From an uncultured bacterium (GTDB lineage: Bacteria; Patescibacteriota; Minisyncoccia; UBA6257; 2-01-FULL-56-20), in NCBI GenBank assembly GCA_963718575.1, contig OY970358.1, positions 98,723 to 162,722 on the forward strand: DNA of 64,000 nucleotides, given 5' to 3'. The position numbers were made by a program, and so were the translations under genes. Below, in pieces: positions 1 to 10,136 of this stretch. The notes beneath the pieces are model-generated. The model worked only from the letters and a program-made list of their open reading frames with translations, was not told the DNA's origin and ran no database searches. Position 1 is the first letter of the stretch; each line of letters starts with the position of its first letter.

Positions 1-294
1 CCTTTGGCGAAAGTAAGCAAGCTCTATGCCTACGCATATCCCGCGATTGAGGTTTATCTCGGCGTGTCGTACACTTTCCGCCTTTTCTCGCTCACGGTCG
101 CTGATTTCCTGACTGTCATCATCCTTGGCATCGCGACTGTCGGCGTTATCAACGTGTTGGACAGTGAAACGCCAGTGCAATGCGCCTGTCTTGGCGGATT
201 TTTCAGCATCCCGATCACATGGGTTACGTTTCTAGAAAATATCCTGATGATCGCCATGGCAGTCTCAATGCAGTTCGCCATTTGGAGAATCTAA
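1..294 (+). CDS. C-terminal fragment of a MauE/DoxX-like polytopic membrane protein (gene begins upstream of the window)
   Basis: The frame is open from the window edge. The protein is hydrophobic, with TM helices and a 'CACLGG' motif resembling the CGCFG motif of MauE-family proteins. Confidence 0.3.
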   Translation, partial: PLAKVSKLYAYAYPAIEVYLGVSYTFRLFSLTVADFLTVIILGIATVGVINVLDSETPVQCACLGGFFSIPITWVTFLENILMIAMAVSMQFAIWRI

Positions 295-300
295 AGAAAA

Positions 301-328
301 GAGCCCCGGACAGAATCGTCGGGGGCTC
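301..328. terminator. Bidirectional rho-independent terminator hairpin (gagccccggac-N6-gtcgggggctc)
   Basis: An 11-bp stem with one mismatch. A T-run follows on the minus strand (ctaaagaaaa on plus), directly downstream of minus-strand gene 347..967. Confidence 0.5.
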
Positions 329-346
329 GGTTATGAGATTGAAAAC

Positions 347-967
347 TTAGGCTGCCGCGCTGACGAGGACAAGCTCCTCGTCATGAACGACTGCCGGAAG
401 GGCGTGCAGCACGGCTCGCATGCGCCGCCACATGGTGAGTTGATCGGGTGTGACGTCCGTTCCGCGAATGGTCGGACGATATTCGATGTTTGTCCGGCCG
501 TAGGCATGGCGACGGGACTCGTTGAAAGCGCGAACCCAGTTCCGCCACGTGCCATCGGCATACTGTTCCGTGGTTACGCCGCCGCATCCGCAGTCCATTG
601 AGAACTCGACGCGACAGCCGTGGTTTCGTTCAGCCCAGTCGGAGGCCTTCTGCCACATGTAACTGCCGAGCGCGGTGTTCTCCATCCATTCGACGATGCC
701 GTCCATCTCGGGGATTTTAACCACCGTTCGTGGCTCGTCGGGATCGATGCCGGCGAAGGGAATATAACGGACGCCGCGCCGGTCAGGTTCAACGGAAAGG
801 ATTCCGGCGAAGAGAACGAGATCGGCGGTAAGCGGGACGCATCCGTCCACGCTCATCGCTTTGAGCATCCCTTCGAAATCAATACCCGGGAAGTGGCTTC
901 GCAGTATCGGAACGTCTTCCGCTACCGCTGGCCGTTCCCAGGGCTGGTTCCTCGTTTGTACGCACAT
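347..967 (-). CDS. hypothetical protein with a DCGCGG cysteine motif
   Basis: A 206-aa ORF whose terminator lies immediately downstream. It has no family I recognise. The neighbouring genes also carry Cys motifs. Confidence 0.3.
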   Translation of the reverse strand: MCVQTRNQPWERPAVAEDVPILRSHFPGIDFEGMLKAMSVDGCVPLTADLVLFAGILSVEPDRRGVRYIPFAGIDPDEPRTVVKIPEMDGIVEWMENTALGSYMWQKASDWAERNHGCRVEFSMDCGCGGVTTEQYADGTWRNWVRAFNESRRHAYGRTNIEYRPTIRGTDVTPDQLTMWRRMRAVLHALPAVVHDEELVLVSAAA

Positions 968-1044
968 AGGTTACTGCTCCTTTGCAAAGGATTGAGATCA
1001 GCTCATCTGACGACGAACTGCTCTAATCATACCGCATATAAAAA

Positions 1045-1069
1045 TTGCCCGCAGGGGTTCTGCGGGCAA
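1045..1069 (-). terminator. Intrinsic terminator (ttgcccgcag-GGGTT-ctgcgggcaa, then a T-run on the minus strand)
   Basis: A perfect 10-bp stem, with a U-tract after the stem on the minus strand. It lies 27 bp downstream of the stop of gene 1096..1461. Confidence 0.6.
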
Positions 1070-1095
1070 CGATAGGGGTGGCGTAGCAGCGTGTG

Positions 1096-1461
1096 CTACA
1101 TGTGCATGTGTGGGTCCATGTGCTCCATTGTTTTGTCGTTTCCTATCCACGGGAAGATGTGGTGCCGATGAGGATACCAGAGGGCGAGGACAACGACAGA
1201 GATTGCGACGACAATAATGCGGTTGGTTTTGTTCGTCTTTTTCCATCGCGAGAACGACCAGATAATACAGCCGATCGAGATGAGAAAAAGAAGCGGGACG
1301 AACTTGTGGATGTTCGCGGCGAACGCGGTTCCGATGCCGAGCGCCGAAAGCGCTATGGCGATCAAACACGGAACATGGGCGAGCAACGAGACGCCGACGA
1401 GACTCGCGCTCTTCGAGCAATCGCATCGGCCTTCGGGACACGTGCAGCAGGCGCAGGGCAT
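1096..1461 (-). CDS. small Cys-rich membrane protein (N-terminal CACCTCPEGRCDC, three predicted TM helices)
   Basis: The ORF is hydrophobic and followed by a strong terminator. It overlaps an alternative 175-aa ORF in another frame, and its function is unknown. Confidence 0.3.
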   Translation of the reverse strand: MPCACCTCPEGRCDCSKSASLVGVSLLAHVPCLIAIALSALGIGTAFAANIHKFVPLLFLISIGCIIWSFSRWKKTNKTNRIIVVAISVVVLALWYPHRHHIFPWIGNDKTMEHMDPHMHM

Positions 1462-1706
1462 TGACGGCTCCTTTCTCCTGGCGAGAGCTGGAATAAGTAT
1501 AAATGTTTTTAGAAATAAAAGTCATAACAGAGATGACCGTACTCGGAATCGGACCAATTTCAGGACAAAATTAAAGAAAATCGAAAATGAGAATGCAGGT
1601 TTTATGGGCTTAAAATAACGAAGAGTTCGATTGTAAGCGCAGCAGCCGACAGGATATAATGCAGTGCAAACTGGGTCGGGTCAAAACCCCGACTGTGGGT
1701 TGCTCG

Positions 1707-4676
1707 CTATTCCCTTAAATCGAATATCTTCTGGGCAACTAAATCGAACATTTTCTTCTCAATGTATTTTTTGAGTTCGGAATTTTCAGTCAACTGCTCC
1801 CATAGCTTTCGATCGCTCTCAAATTGATCATCCACCTTCTCGGTAAACACCCCTCCAAAATGTACCGATGCATTTTGCTTCGTATTGTTCGTGACCACGT
1901 TTTGCAACTCCTCATCCGAAGATAGCTCCTCCGTCATAGCGCCCAAAGTTTTTTGTTGCCCGACACCAAAATCAACACCCCACCGTTTATTAACGTCCTG
2001 AACGATTTTAGATAAAACATCCTCAATTTCTTGTGGGGGCGCTTCAGGAATTGGCTCGACTTGGCGCACATCTCCGGCATTGCCCTCTAAACGTATTTGC
2101 ATTTTTAGCTTTCGAACAACACGAACTGAATCAACATCCAGATAATCCAAGATTTCTATCAACGGCCGCCGAGGATCGCGCGGAAGTTTTTTAAGAAGAT
2201 ATTTGAGTAAGAGGTAAAGTTTTTCGTGAGAAATGTCTGAATAGCCAAGCACCTGCGCAATAAACGGATATCGCTTAACATAACTACTCGCGACGCTCAG
2301 GAATCTTCCATATTCATTCTCTACAACAATGCCCGAGTCATCATTTTTGTGATTTAGCAAAACAACCTTATCCGCAATTTCGTCGAGGAAGGCGTTGGCT
2401 TCTTTATGAATTTCTCTAGATTCCGGATCTAATAAGTCCGCGAACCGTTTGAGGACTTCTTCAGGAATCCGGAAAATCATAAAGAGTTCTCTGCGCAAAT
2501 CATTTAAGGAATTAATATCGGTCCCCTCCGATAAAATGGTGCTGGTATAGTAGGGCTCAAAAGACCGTTTTATATCGTCCGTCTCATTAACGAAATCGAG
2601 CACAAACACCTCATCCTTACCACGCGTAGTCCGGTTAAGTCTCGAAAGGGTTTGCACCGCCTGAACTCCAGAAAGTCTTTTGTCGACGTACATGGCACAG
2701 AGATAGGGTTCATCGAATCCGGTTTGAAATTTTTCTGCAACGATCAGAAAGCGATATTCCGGCTTTTTAAATTCTCTGGCCGTATTGTTTTCGGGGATAC
2801 CATCGTTTATAGAGGCTTCGGTATACGAAACCCCATCAATCTCTATCGTATCCGTAAAAGCCGCGAGAGTTTTATAGGGATAATTATTTTTTTGAAGATA
2901 AGCATCCAGTTCCAACTTATAGCGCACGGCAGCTTCGCGAGATGATGTGACTATCATCGCCTTCGATTCCCCGCGAAGAAGGCTGGAAATCGTGTTCTCA
3001 AAATGGCCAAGAATTACGTCTATTTTCTGCTGAAGTGCGACTTCGTGAAGATGCACATAATGCAATATCGCCGAAAGTGCGCGGCTTCGAGGAACCATAG
3101 GGTCTTGTGCCGCTTTTTTGATCAGCTTAAAGTAGGTCTTATATGTCGTGTAGTTGGTCAAAACGTCGACAATAAATCCCTCTTCAATCGCTTGACGCAT
3201 AGAATAAAGACTGAAGGGCTTAAACGATCCGTCATGCTCTTTCTCGCCAAAACGTTCCATAGTTTCATGGCGCGGTGTCGCGGTAAAAGCAAAATAGCTC
3301 AAGTTGTTCGGTTGCCTTCGACTGATGACTTGCTTTAATAGCCATCCTTCCGGGTCCTCATCGTTTCTTCCAATAACTTCGTGAACGGCACGTACTGTCT
3401 CTCCAGATTGCGAAGAATGAGCCTCATCGACAATCAAGGCAAAATGTTTTCCCGGCATGGACCCGATTGTATCTATGATATATGGAAATTTTTGTATCGT
3501 TGTCGTAATAATTTTCGCGCCTCCTTCTAAAGACTCTCTCAATTTACTGGACGTATCTTGATCGCCGACGGTGACGAGTACGCCAGGAGTTGAAGCAAAC
3601 GACCCTACCGTTTCCCTGAGTTGTTTATCCAAAATACGACGATCAGTAAGTACAAGCACCGTGTCGTAGACCTTCTTATTTTCCTCGGTGTGCAATTCTG
3701 CAAGACGATAGGCAAGCCATGCGATCGTCATGCTTTTGCCGCTCCCTGCACTATGTTGGATCAGATAATTTTTTCCGGCACCACTATGACGAGCCCCTCC
3801 CATCAAATCTTTCACTGTATGCCATTGATGATATCGTGGAAATACCTGAACCAGGACTCGATATTCCTTACCGTTTCGATCTTCTCTTACTTCAGTATAT
3901 GTGTGAACAAAAAATTGCAGCAAGTCGGACCAGTTATCGGGCGACCATGTTTCCTCCCACAAATAGTGGGTTTTATGCTTCTCTCCGGCTGGAGGGTTGC
4001 CCGCTCCATCTTTAAACCCCTTGTTAAATGGGAGGAAATAGGTCTGATCTTCTTTGAGATGAGTCGTGAGGTAAGCTTCGCTCGTATCGACGGCAAAGTG
4101 GGCTATGCATCGACGAAATGAAAAAAGTTTTTCGTCAGGATTGCGATCCGTGCGATATTGTCGCATCGCGTGATGAACATTCTGTCCCGTCAACTCATTT
4201 TTCAATTCTGCCGTCATAATAGGCAAACCATTCACAAAAACAACGAGATCGACGGACTGCTCCGTCAGGCGACTGAATTTCACTTGTCGCATAACCGACC
4301 AGATATTTTTCTTGAACAGGTCATTTATGTCGGGGTTTAATGAAGTCACTGGCCGGAAAAACATCATATGCAAGCGAACCGGGCCTTCTTCGATACCTTT
4401 CCGTAAAACATCAATCAAGCCGCGGCTTGAGATTTCAGCATCAATGCGTCGCGTCAATCTATCTTCGAGCGAGCCACCATACATATCGGTTAATTTTTCC
4501 ATTTCTTGCGGTTGGGATTTTTTCAAAAAATCAAAAATCAAACCAACATCAATGGAAAATTCTTTATTGTAGTCGGAATCTGCATCACGCATCCGATATC
4601 CATGCATGTTTGTCAAGGTATCGGCGATATAGCGCTCAAATGCCTCTTCCTTTAGATTTTTATGAATATTTGCCAT
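1707..4676 (-). CDS. hsdR: Type I restriction enzyme R subunit (HsdR), SF2 helicase/nuclease
   Basis: A 989-aa protein with Walker A (SAGSGKSMT) and a DEAH box (LIVDEAHSS), adjacent to hsdS and hsdM. The region is AT-rich compared with the flanks. Confidence 0.9.
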   Translation of the reverse strand: MANIHKNLKEEAFERYIADTLTNMHGYRMRDADSDYNKEFSIDVGLIFDFLKKSQPQEMEKLTDMYGGSLEDRLTRRIDAEISSRGLIDVLRKGIEEGPVRLHMMFFRPVTSLNPDINDLFKKNIWSVMRQVKFSRLTEQSVDLVVFVNGLPIMTAELKNELTGQNVHHAMRQYRTDRNPDEKLFSFRRCIAHFAVDTSEAYLTTHLKEDQTYFLPFNKGFKDGAGNPPAGEKHKTHYLWEETWSPDNWSDLLQFFVHTYTEVREDRNGKEYRVLVQVFPRYHQWHTVKDLMGGARHSGAGKNYLIQHSAGSGKSMTIAWLAYRLAELHTEENKKVYDTVLVLTDRRILDKQLRETVGSFASTPGVLVTVGDQDTSSKLRESLEGGAKIITTTIQKFPYIIDTIGSMPGKHFALIVDEAHSSQSGETVRAVHEVIGRNDEDPEGWLLKQVISRRQPNNLSYFAFTATPRHETMERFGEKEHDGSFKPFSLYSMRQAIEEGFIVDVLTNYTTYKTYFKLIKKAAQDPMVPRSRALSAILHYVHLHEVALQQKIDVILGHFENTISSLLRGESKAMIVTSSREAAVRYKLELDAYLQKNNYPYKTLAAFTDTIEIDGVSYTEASINDGIPENNTAREFKKPEYRFLIVAEKFQTGFDEPYLCAMYVDKRLSGVQAVQTLSRLNRTTRGKDEVFVLDFVNETDDIKRSFEPYYTSTILSEGTDINSLNDLRRELFMIFRIPEEVLKRFADLLDPESREIHKEANAFLDEIADKVVLLNHKNDDSGIVVENEYGRFLSVASSYVKRYPFIAQVLGYSDISHEKLYLLLKYLLKKLPRDPRRPLIEILDYLDVDSVRVVRKLKMQIRLEGNAGDVRQVEPIPEAPPQEIEDVLSKIVQDVNKRWGVDFGVGQQKTLGAMTEELSSDEELQNVVTNNTKQNASVHFGGVFTEKVDDQFESDRKLWEQLTENSELKKYIEKKMFDLVAQKIFDLRE

Positions 4677-4677
4677 G

Positions 4678-5913
4678 TTAGATTTTAATTTTTCCAGTCA
4701 CCGCAGCGTTAATCAGAGATGATCGATAGCTCTCAACTAATTGCCGCTGAGATTGAAATATCTCTACGGAGCGATTAATTTTCCCGCACCTCTCGTCAAG
4801 CAACTTAGCTATCGCCGTTTGTCTCGAGCGGCTCGGAACAGCTATAGGCAATGAACCCAGTCTGTATTCACCGATTCCGGGATAATTGACCCCGATTGAA
4901 TTTGCCATTACTTCGGCTAAGAAATCTTCGCTCTGGAGGGCCCAAAAAAGATAGTCACCATTGATCTGCCTTGGATGGAGGACAGCAAAACCAGTAGAAA
5001 ATACTCGGGGTCGATTTTTGTGGGTTATTTTTGCTATCGCCTTTAAATAAGTTCTCACCGTCGAAATAACCACATCCCCTTCCTCTGCCAATCGACGTGC
5101 GCGTGAAGGTGCGTCTGCAAATCTGTACAGTTGAGGGGGTTGGATTTTTCCCGTGCCATCAATATTGCCTATGTCTACATATTCGAACTCAAAATCAGGA
5201 TCGGTATTTTCAGGCAACGTTTTTTGATTTATATCAGCGATATATTTTAATTTTTTGACAGGGAATTTCTTCGAAATGTTTCGAGTTATAAGAGCGGCGC
5301 GATATTCGTTTAGCTTGTTGATTTGCAAGTTAATAAGCTCAAGGGTCTTGTCCAAAATTCTCGTACGATCTTCTAAAAAATTGCTGATTTTTTCCTGTGT
5401 GTTGATTGAAGGAACCAGGATCGGCAGATATTTCAATGCTTCGTATCCTATAGATTGGCGGACACCGCCACCCATACCATAAAATACTTTTGCGGTGTCA
5501 TAGGTATGTAATAAATAGTAAAGATAGCGAGAATCCAGTTTCTTCCTATTAACCCTTAGCCCAAGGTAGGCAGAAGTAATCATCCCCGCTTGTTTTACGA
5601 GGCCGACCCTCAAACTTTCGTGATCATTTTGTAAATCCGTCAGACGCAAGACTATATCGCCGGAATTTAGTGACTGATACGATTCGAACGACTCTGGCAA
5701 TAGGCCAAAATTTAGGTCAATGTTCCTTTGTATGATTTTCCCATAGCTCAGAGATAGAACATTCTCATTCTTGCTCGGATCGTTTTTAAGAATATTTTCA
5801 GCAGCCACCGTACGTAAAGGCAAAATCTCCCATTGATCACTGGGAATGTCCCCTACCCAAGCAATCTTGGAGGGTTTGTAATGTGTATATCCCGAATATC
5901 TTTGCCGTTTCAT
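4678..5913 (-). CDS. hsdS: Type I restriction-modification specificity subunit (HsdS), two target-recognition domains
   Basis: A 411-aa protein between hsdM and hsdR. It overlaps hsdM by 4 bp and has a bipartite TRD-like architecture. Confidence 0.75.
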   Translation of the reverse strand: MKRQRYSGYTHYKPSKIAWVGDIPSDQWEILPLRTVAAENILKNDPSKNENVLSLSYGKIIQRNIDLNFGLLPESFESYQSLNSGDIVLRLTDLQNDHESLRVGLVKQAGMITSAYLGLRVNRKKLDSRYLYYLLHTYDTAKVFYGMGGGVRQSIGYEALKYLPILVPSINTQEKISNFLEDRTRILDKTLELINLQINKLNEYRAALITRNISKKFPVKKLKYIADINQKTLPENTDPDFEFEYVDIGNIDGTGKIQPPQLYRFADAPSRARRLAEEGDVVISTVRTYLKAIAKITHKNRPRVFSTGFAVLHPRQINGDYLFWALQSEDFLAEVMANSIGVNYPGIGEYRLGSLPIAVPSRSRQTAIAKLLDERCGKINRSVEIFQSQRQLVESYRSSLINAAVTGKIKI

Positions 5914-7946
5914 ATCCCTGATTTTTTTAACAAATCACGTATTTCAACTTCACCGCTTTTTATCTCCTGCTCTATATCAGACAACTCTCTTGGATGCTCA
6001 TATTTATAAAAATATTTCGTGAACGGGATCTCGTATCCAACGATGCCCACCCGACCATCTTTTTCGTCACAGATCGAAGTATCTATCCACGCATCGGGTA
6101 CGTAAGGCTTTACTTCTCGAGTAAAATATTTGTCGATACTTTCTCCAAGCGGCACTCTTTCATAATCTTTGAGCTCATTATCTGGCTCAGAATTGCCAGC
6201 GCCATCCAAACAAACCTCCGCTCGCTCATCGCGTTTGCCGATAGTGTTTATAATCGCGTTGAGTTTTCGCTTCTGAAAAACGAGCTCAAGGTGGTCCGAT
6301 TCTTTCTTGAGTTTGGCGAGAAAATTGGGTCTATCCATAAAAACTTTTCCCTTAAGTGTCCTAACGATCTCAAATTCTGTGACGTCAAGCAAACCCTTAA
6401 GAAGTAATAAGGATTTTTCATCAACTTCAAACCTCAGCCGGAGGGGCCGCTGAATGGTAATTTCACGATAACCAAACTCGCTGACATTAAAGATTTTCGA
6501 ATATTTGCTAACTTTGAAATCACGATAGATAGTCAGTATCCGACCAATATCTTCGGTCGAAATTTCATAGCGTTTATGTCCCATATTTTTCCGCAAGGTA
6601 TGCCGGAAAGACCTTGCGTCAATAAGTTGAATTTTATCGCGCCGATCGGCGCTTTTCCGATTCGACAAGATCCATATGTAAGTGGCTATCCCCGTATTAA
6701 AAAATAATTGGTCAGGCAAAGCGACTATCGCTTTATCGAAATCATTTTCCATAATCCATCGCCTTATTTCACTTTCGCCCGATCCGGCATTGCCCGTAAA
6801 TAAAGGTGATCCGTTAAATATAACTCCGGCCACACTGCCACCTTCGGAACGCGGTTTGAATTTTGATACGATATGTTGCAGAAAAAGCAGTTGGCCGTCC
6901 GATATTCTGGGCAGTCCCGCTCCAAAACGCCCAGCAGATCCGCGTTCATGTTCGCGCTCAACCACTTCTTGGTCTTTTTTCCACTCTACGCCGTAGGGTG
7001 GGTTACAAATGACGTAGTCAAACTTCTTATCTGCATGCTGATCATTGGATAAGGTGCTTGCCTTGTCGTGCTCCCTGTCGCCACCCTTGATGTCATCAGC
7101 ATTTTCCCCCTTTAGTAACATATCCGCCTTACAAATTGCATAAGTTGCAGCGTTGAGCTCTTGGCCGAATAAATGAATCTTCGCATCTTTATTAAACTGA
7201 GTTTGAATATAATCTTTGCCGGTCGTAAGCATGCCGCCAGTTCCACAGGCCGGATCATACAACAACTTCACAATGCCAGGCTTCGATAGTTCTTTTTCTT
7301 CCCCGGCAAAAATCAGAGCCGTCATCAAACGCACAACGTCTCTCGGCGTATAGTGCTCTCCGGCGGTTTCGTTCGACTGTTCGGCAAACCGCCGAATCAG
7401 GTCCTCGAAAGCGAGGCCGATAACATGATTCGGCACCCGATCAGGGTGCAAATCGACCTTCTCGAATTCTTGCAGCACAAGATAGAGAATATTACTGCCC
7501 TCTAATCGTTCAAGCTGTTTTTCGAAATCAAATTTTTCTATAATTTCTTTGACATTATCCGAGAAGCCGTCGATATATCGACGAAGATTGCGAGCGATAT
7601 GTGCCGGATCTTCTAAGAGCTTCTTAAACGTGAACGGCGATATATTATAAAAATCGTAGCCGCTTGCGCGCCGTAGGATACGAAGGTTATGCACTTTCCC
7701 ATCCAGCTCGTTGAACTTTTCAAGAACCTTCTGTTTCGTTGGTTCAAGAGCGGCGTCCAATCTCTTGAGCACAGTCAGCGGCAGAATGACGTCTTGATAC
7801 TCGTGCGCTTTCCACGATCCGCGGAGGTGGTTGGCGATATTCCAGATTGTGTTCGAAATTTTACGATAGTTTTCTTCCATGAGGAAATCTTCAATCTGGA
7901 AACGGTTTATTAAATCTTTATTAAATTGTAGGTTCTTTGCCTTCAT
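5910..7946 (-). CDS. hsdM: Type I restriction-modification N6-adenine DNA methyltransferase (HsdM)
   Basis: Has an AdoMet motif (LYDPACGTGGML) and the catalytic NPPY motif (ICNPPYG), and spans 678 aa. Confidence 0.9.
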   Translation of the reverse strand: MKAKNLQFNKDLINRFQIEDFLMEENYRKISNTIWNIANHLRGSWKAHEYQDVILPLTVLKRLDAALEPTKQKVLEKFNELDGKVHNLRILRRASGYDFYNISPFTFKKLLEDPAHIARNLRRYIDGFSDNVKEIIEKFDFEKQLERLEGSNILYLVLQEFEKVDLHPDRVPNHVIGLAFEDLIRRFAEQSNETAGEHYTPRDVVRLMTALIFAGEEKELSKPGIVKLLYDPACGTGGMLTTGKDYIQTQFNKDAKIHLFGQELNAATYAICKADMLLKGENADDIKGGDREHDKASTLSNDQHADKKFDYVICNPPYGVEWKKDQEVVEREHERGSAGRFGAGLPRISDGQLLFLQHIVSKFKPRSEGGSVAGVIFNGSPLFTGNAGSGESEIRRWIMENDFDKAIVALPDQLFFNTGIATYIWILSNRKSADRRDKIQLIDARSFRHTLRKNMGHKRYEISTEDIGRILTIYRDFKVSKYSKIFNVSEFGYREITIQRPLRLRFEVDEKSLLLLKGLLDVTEFEIVRTLKGKVFMDRPNFLAKLKKESDHLELVFQKRKLNAIINTIGKRDERAEVCLDGAGNSEPDNELKDYERVPLGESIDKYFTREVKPYVPDAWIDTSICDEKDGRVGIVGYEIPFTKYFYKYEHPRELSDIEQEIKSGEVEIRDLLKKSGI

Positions 7947-9292
7947 TTTTCAATGATTTCTGACGCCGCCGCCAATCGCACCACCTTATCCTTGAATACC
8001 AGCCTACTCTTGAGGCACGCCAGCACTTCCCGTTTCTCTGTCACGGTACCCTCGGCAAGGAGATACTTCACGTAGTTCTTGATGTCGACCTCATCCATTT
8101 CGACTCGTTCCGGATTCGTTCCAAGGACGCTTCGCTGGAATTTGCGGAATCGCCCGACCTCTTCATCGAATTTGTGCTTGACGCCCAGCTCGTTCACGTC
8201 GATCTGATCGATGATGACGAGGAGCTGGCGGATGAGCTCATCCTCACGGATGTATCCGGCTTGGCACTTATGGTCGCGCGATCGTGTGCAGCCGTAGTAA
8301 ACGTACCGATGAGTGTTTCCATTTTTGAACTCCTTGAGTCTTTCATTCGCTGTGACGCCCGATCCACAGAGACCACACGCAATGAGCCGCGTGAAGGCAA
8401 ATTCCTTAGCTTCTCTGGCCATCTCTTTACGCTTCAACTGCGCGTTCGCTTTTTCAAAGAGTTCACGCGTTACAAGCGGCTCGTGCTTTCCCGTATAGAA
8501 ATTGCCGCTTTCTTTCGGATATTCGAGGATGCCGTAATAGAAGTGGTTTTGGATGATGAGATACACGTTGCCAAGCGTGAGATGATGATTATTTTTTGTT
8601 CTGAAATTCAGATCAAATTTGAGCCAATGGAATACCTTCATACCGCTCCATCCCTCATAGGCGAACTTCTCGAAGATCTGCTTGATGACGGGAGAGCGTT
8701 CCGGATCGACGAGAACTTGGCATTTGCGATCGCTCCTCTTTTCGTTGAGATAACCCGTCGGCGCGTGGCCGGGCCAAAGTCCCATCTCAAGTCGTGTTCG
8801 CAAGCCTCTTTTTACGTTGATCGATTTTTGATCATTTTCTAATTTTGCCTGCGAACACAGAATCATGAGCAGAAACTTCTCATTCGGATTATTCGTGAAT
8901 CGCTGGCTAAAGGTTCGTATCTCGGTGAGAAGTTTTTGATCCATGAGATCGACGAGCGATCCGAGATCTCCTGCGTTTCTGCTTAATCGATCCGGTGCCC
9001 ACGTAAGGATGCCAGTGTATCGCCCGCTCCGGATGTCCTTGAGGATCTCAGCAAAGACTGGGCGTTGGCCTGAGTCTTTCGCGGAATGTGACTCCCGCCT
9101 GATGTCCACGATCTGCAATCCCTCACGCTCGGCGAGCTGCAACATTTCTCGCACCTGACTATCGATACTCAAAACTTGTCGCTCTTCGCTCTCTGTACTT
9201 TTTCTCGCATAGAGGCAATACTTGACCTTTTCTGGGAGCGGCTGTGTCGTCGGGGTCCCCGCTGCCACGGACGCCATAGTTTGGTTTGTCAT
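7943..9292 (-). CDS. Large serine recombinase (resolvase catalytic domain + recombinase domain + zinc ribbon), LSR1
   Basis: The N-terminus (YCLYARKSTESEERQ..SIDSQ) carries the catalytic Ser/Arg motifs, and there is a C-terminal CxxC...C. Its stop overlaps the hsdM start (ATGA). Confidence 0.85.
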   Translation of the reverse strand: MTNQTMASVAAGTPTTQPLPEKVKYCLYARKSTESEERQVLSIDSQVREMLQLAEREGLQIVDIRRESHSAKDSGQRPVFAEILKDIRSGRYTGILTWAPDRLSRNAGDLGSLVDLMDQKLLTEIRTFSQRFTNNPNEKFLLMILCSQAKLENDQKSINVKRGLRTRLEMGLWPGHAPTGYLNEKRSDRKCQVLVDPERSPVIKQIFEKFAYEGWSGMKVFHWLKFDLNFRTKNNHHLTLGNVYLIIQNHFYYGILEYPKESGNFYTGKHEPLVTRELFEKANAQLKRKEMAREAKEFAFTRLIACGLCGSGVTANERLKEFKNGNTHRYVYYGCTRSRDHKCQAGYIREDELIRQLLVIIDQIDVNELGVKHKFDEEVGRFRKFQRSVLGTNPERVEMDEVDIKNYVKYLLAEGTVTEKREVLACLKSRLVFKDKVVRLAAASEIIEK

Positions 9293-9377
9293 AACTCAAA
9301 GGGGCCGCAACGGCACCCAGAAGTCCAGCCCCTCGAAAGCCTTGCAAAAGGCCCTTTAAAAGCTCTACAATCTCCCC

Positions 9378-10136
9378 ATGAATCCGGCGAATCTTCCCGC
9401 CCTCTATAACCTCATGGTGTCGCTAGTGCCTCCGGCAGTACTACTCGCAGTGCTCGCCTACTTCGTGCGCTTCTTTGGAAGAGTCATCGTTGATCAGAAA
9501 CCTTTTTGCGACGACCGCGATTGGGAGATAGAAGTCGCGGGAACTTTCTTCCTTCTCCTGCTTATAATTCTTCCGGCAGTACTCGGCGCGGTCGCGGCGT
9601 CATCGTGGGGCGGCCTCGGCACCGGCCATTGGATGCGTCTCGTTATCGTTCTCCTATTGATGTCTTGGCTTTTCATGATCAACGGCATTTTGGCCGAAAA
9701 ATTCTATGCGATAAAACTCCCTTTGGTCAATTTTTTCTTTATGTTTATTCCCCAAAAAGATCACGAAGCGCTCAAGAAGGACATGCTCACCTTCAATCGC
9801 TTTCTGCCGCTCTACGTTTTTTCCTTCATTTTCGCGTATATTTTCTCGCTGGAATACCATTCTGGAAGCGTTGCCTGGATTATCGTAACGGGAATCTTGC
9901 TTTTTATCAGCTTCATCCTCATGGCGCTCGATTTTTCGCTTCTCAAGGAACGACTGCCGCAAGTTGATATTCTTTTCATAGACAAAGATGAACCACCGAT
10001 CCGGGACGTGGCCCTTCTAAAAATAAATCAAGATAATGTGCGCATTATGGAAAAAGAGACAAAGCAGGTGATCATACTCAATAAAAGCCAGATCCGACGA
10101 ATAGAATATTTTCCACCGAAGGAATTGCAGGGATAA
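9378..10136 (+). CDS. polytopic membrane protein, hypothetical
   Basis: A 252-aa protein with 6 or more hydrophobic helices. It sits between two serine recombinases, upstream of a nuclease gene. Confidence 0.5.
   Translation: MNPANLPALYNLMVSLVPPAVLLAVLAYFVRFFGRVIVDQKPFCDDRDWEIEVAGTFFLLLLIILPAVLGAVAASSWGGLGTGHWMRLVIVLLLMSWLFMINGILAEKFYAIKLPLVNFFFMFIPQKDHEALKKDMLTFNRFLPLYVFSFIFAYIFSLEYHSGSVAWIIVTGILLFISFILMALDFSLLKERLPQVDILFIDKDEPPIRDVALLKINQDNVRIMEKETKQVIILNKSQIRRIEYFPPKELQG

Noticed and set aside
1620-1706. Possible small RNA/tRNA in the AT-rich gap downstream of hsdR
   Set aside because: Only a short GTCGGG/CCCGAC hairpin is present. It is better explained as a weak terminator for the hsd operon.
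8174-8842. 222-aa plus-strand ORF inside LSR1
   Set aside because: Antisense to a serine recombinase with clear catalytic motifs.
4678-9292. Phase-variable type I RM (hsdS shuffling by the adjacent recombinase)
   Set aside because: Only one hsdS gene is present and I found no inverted hsdS fragments or inverted-repeat crossover sites within hsdS. A cargo-of-island interpretation is preferred.
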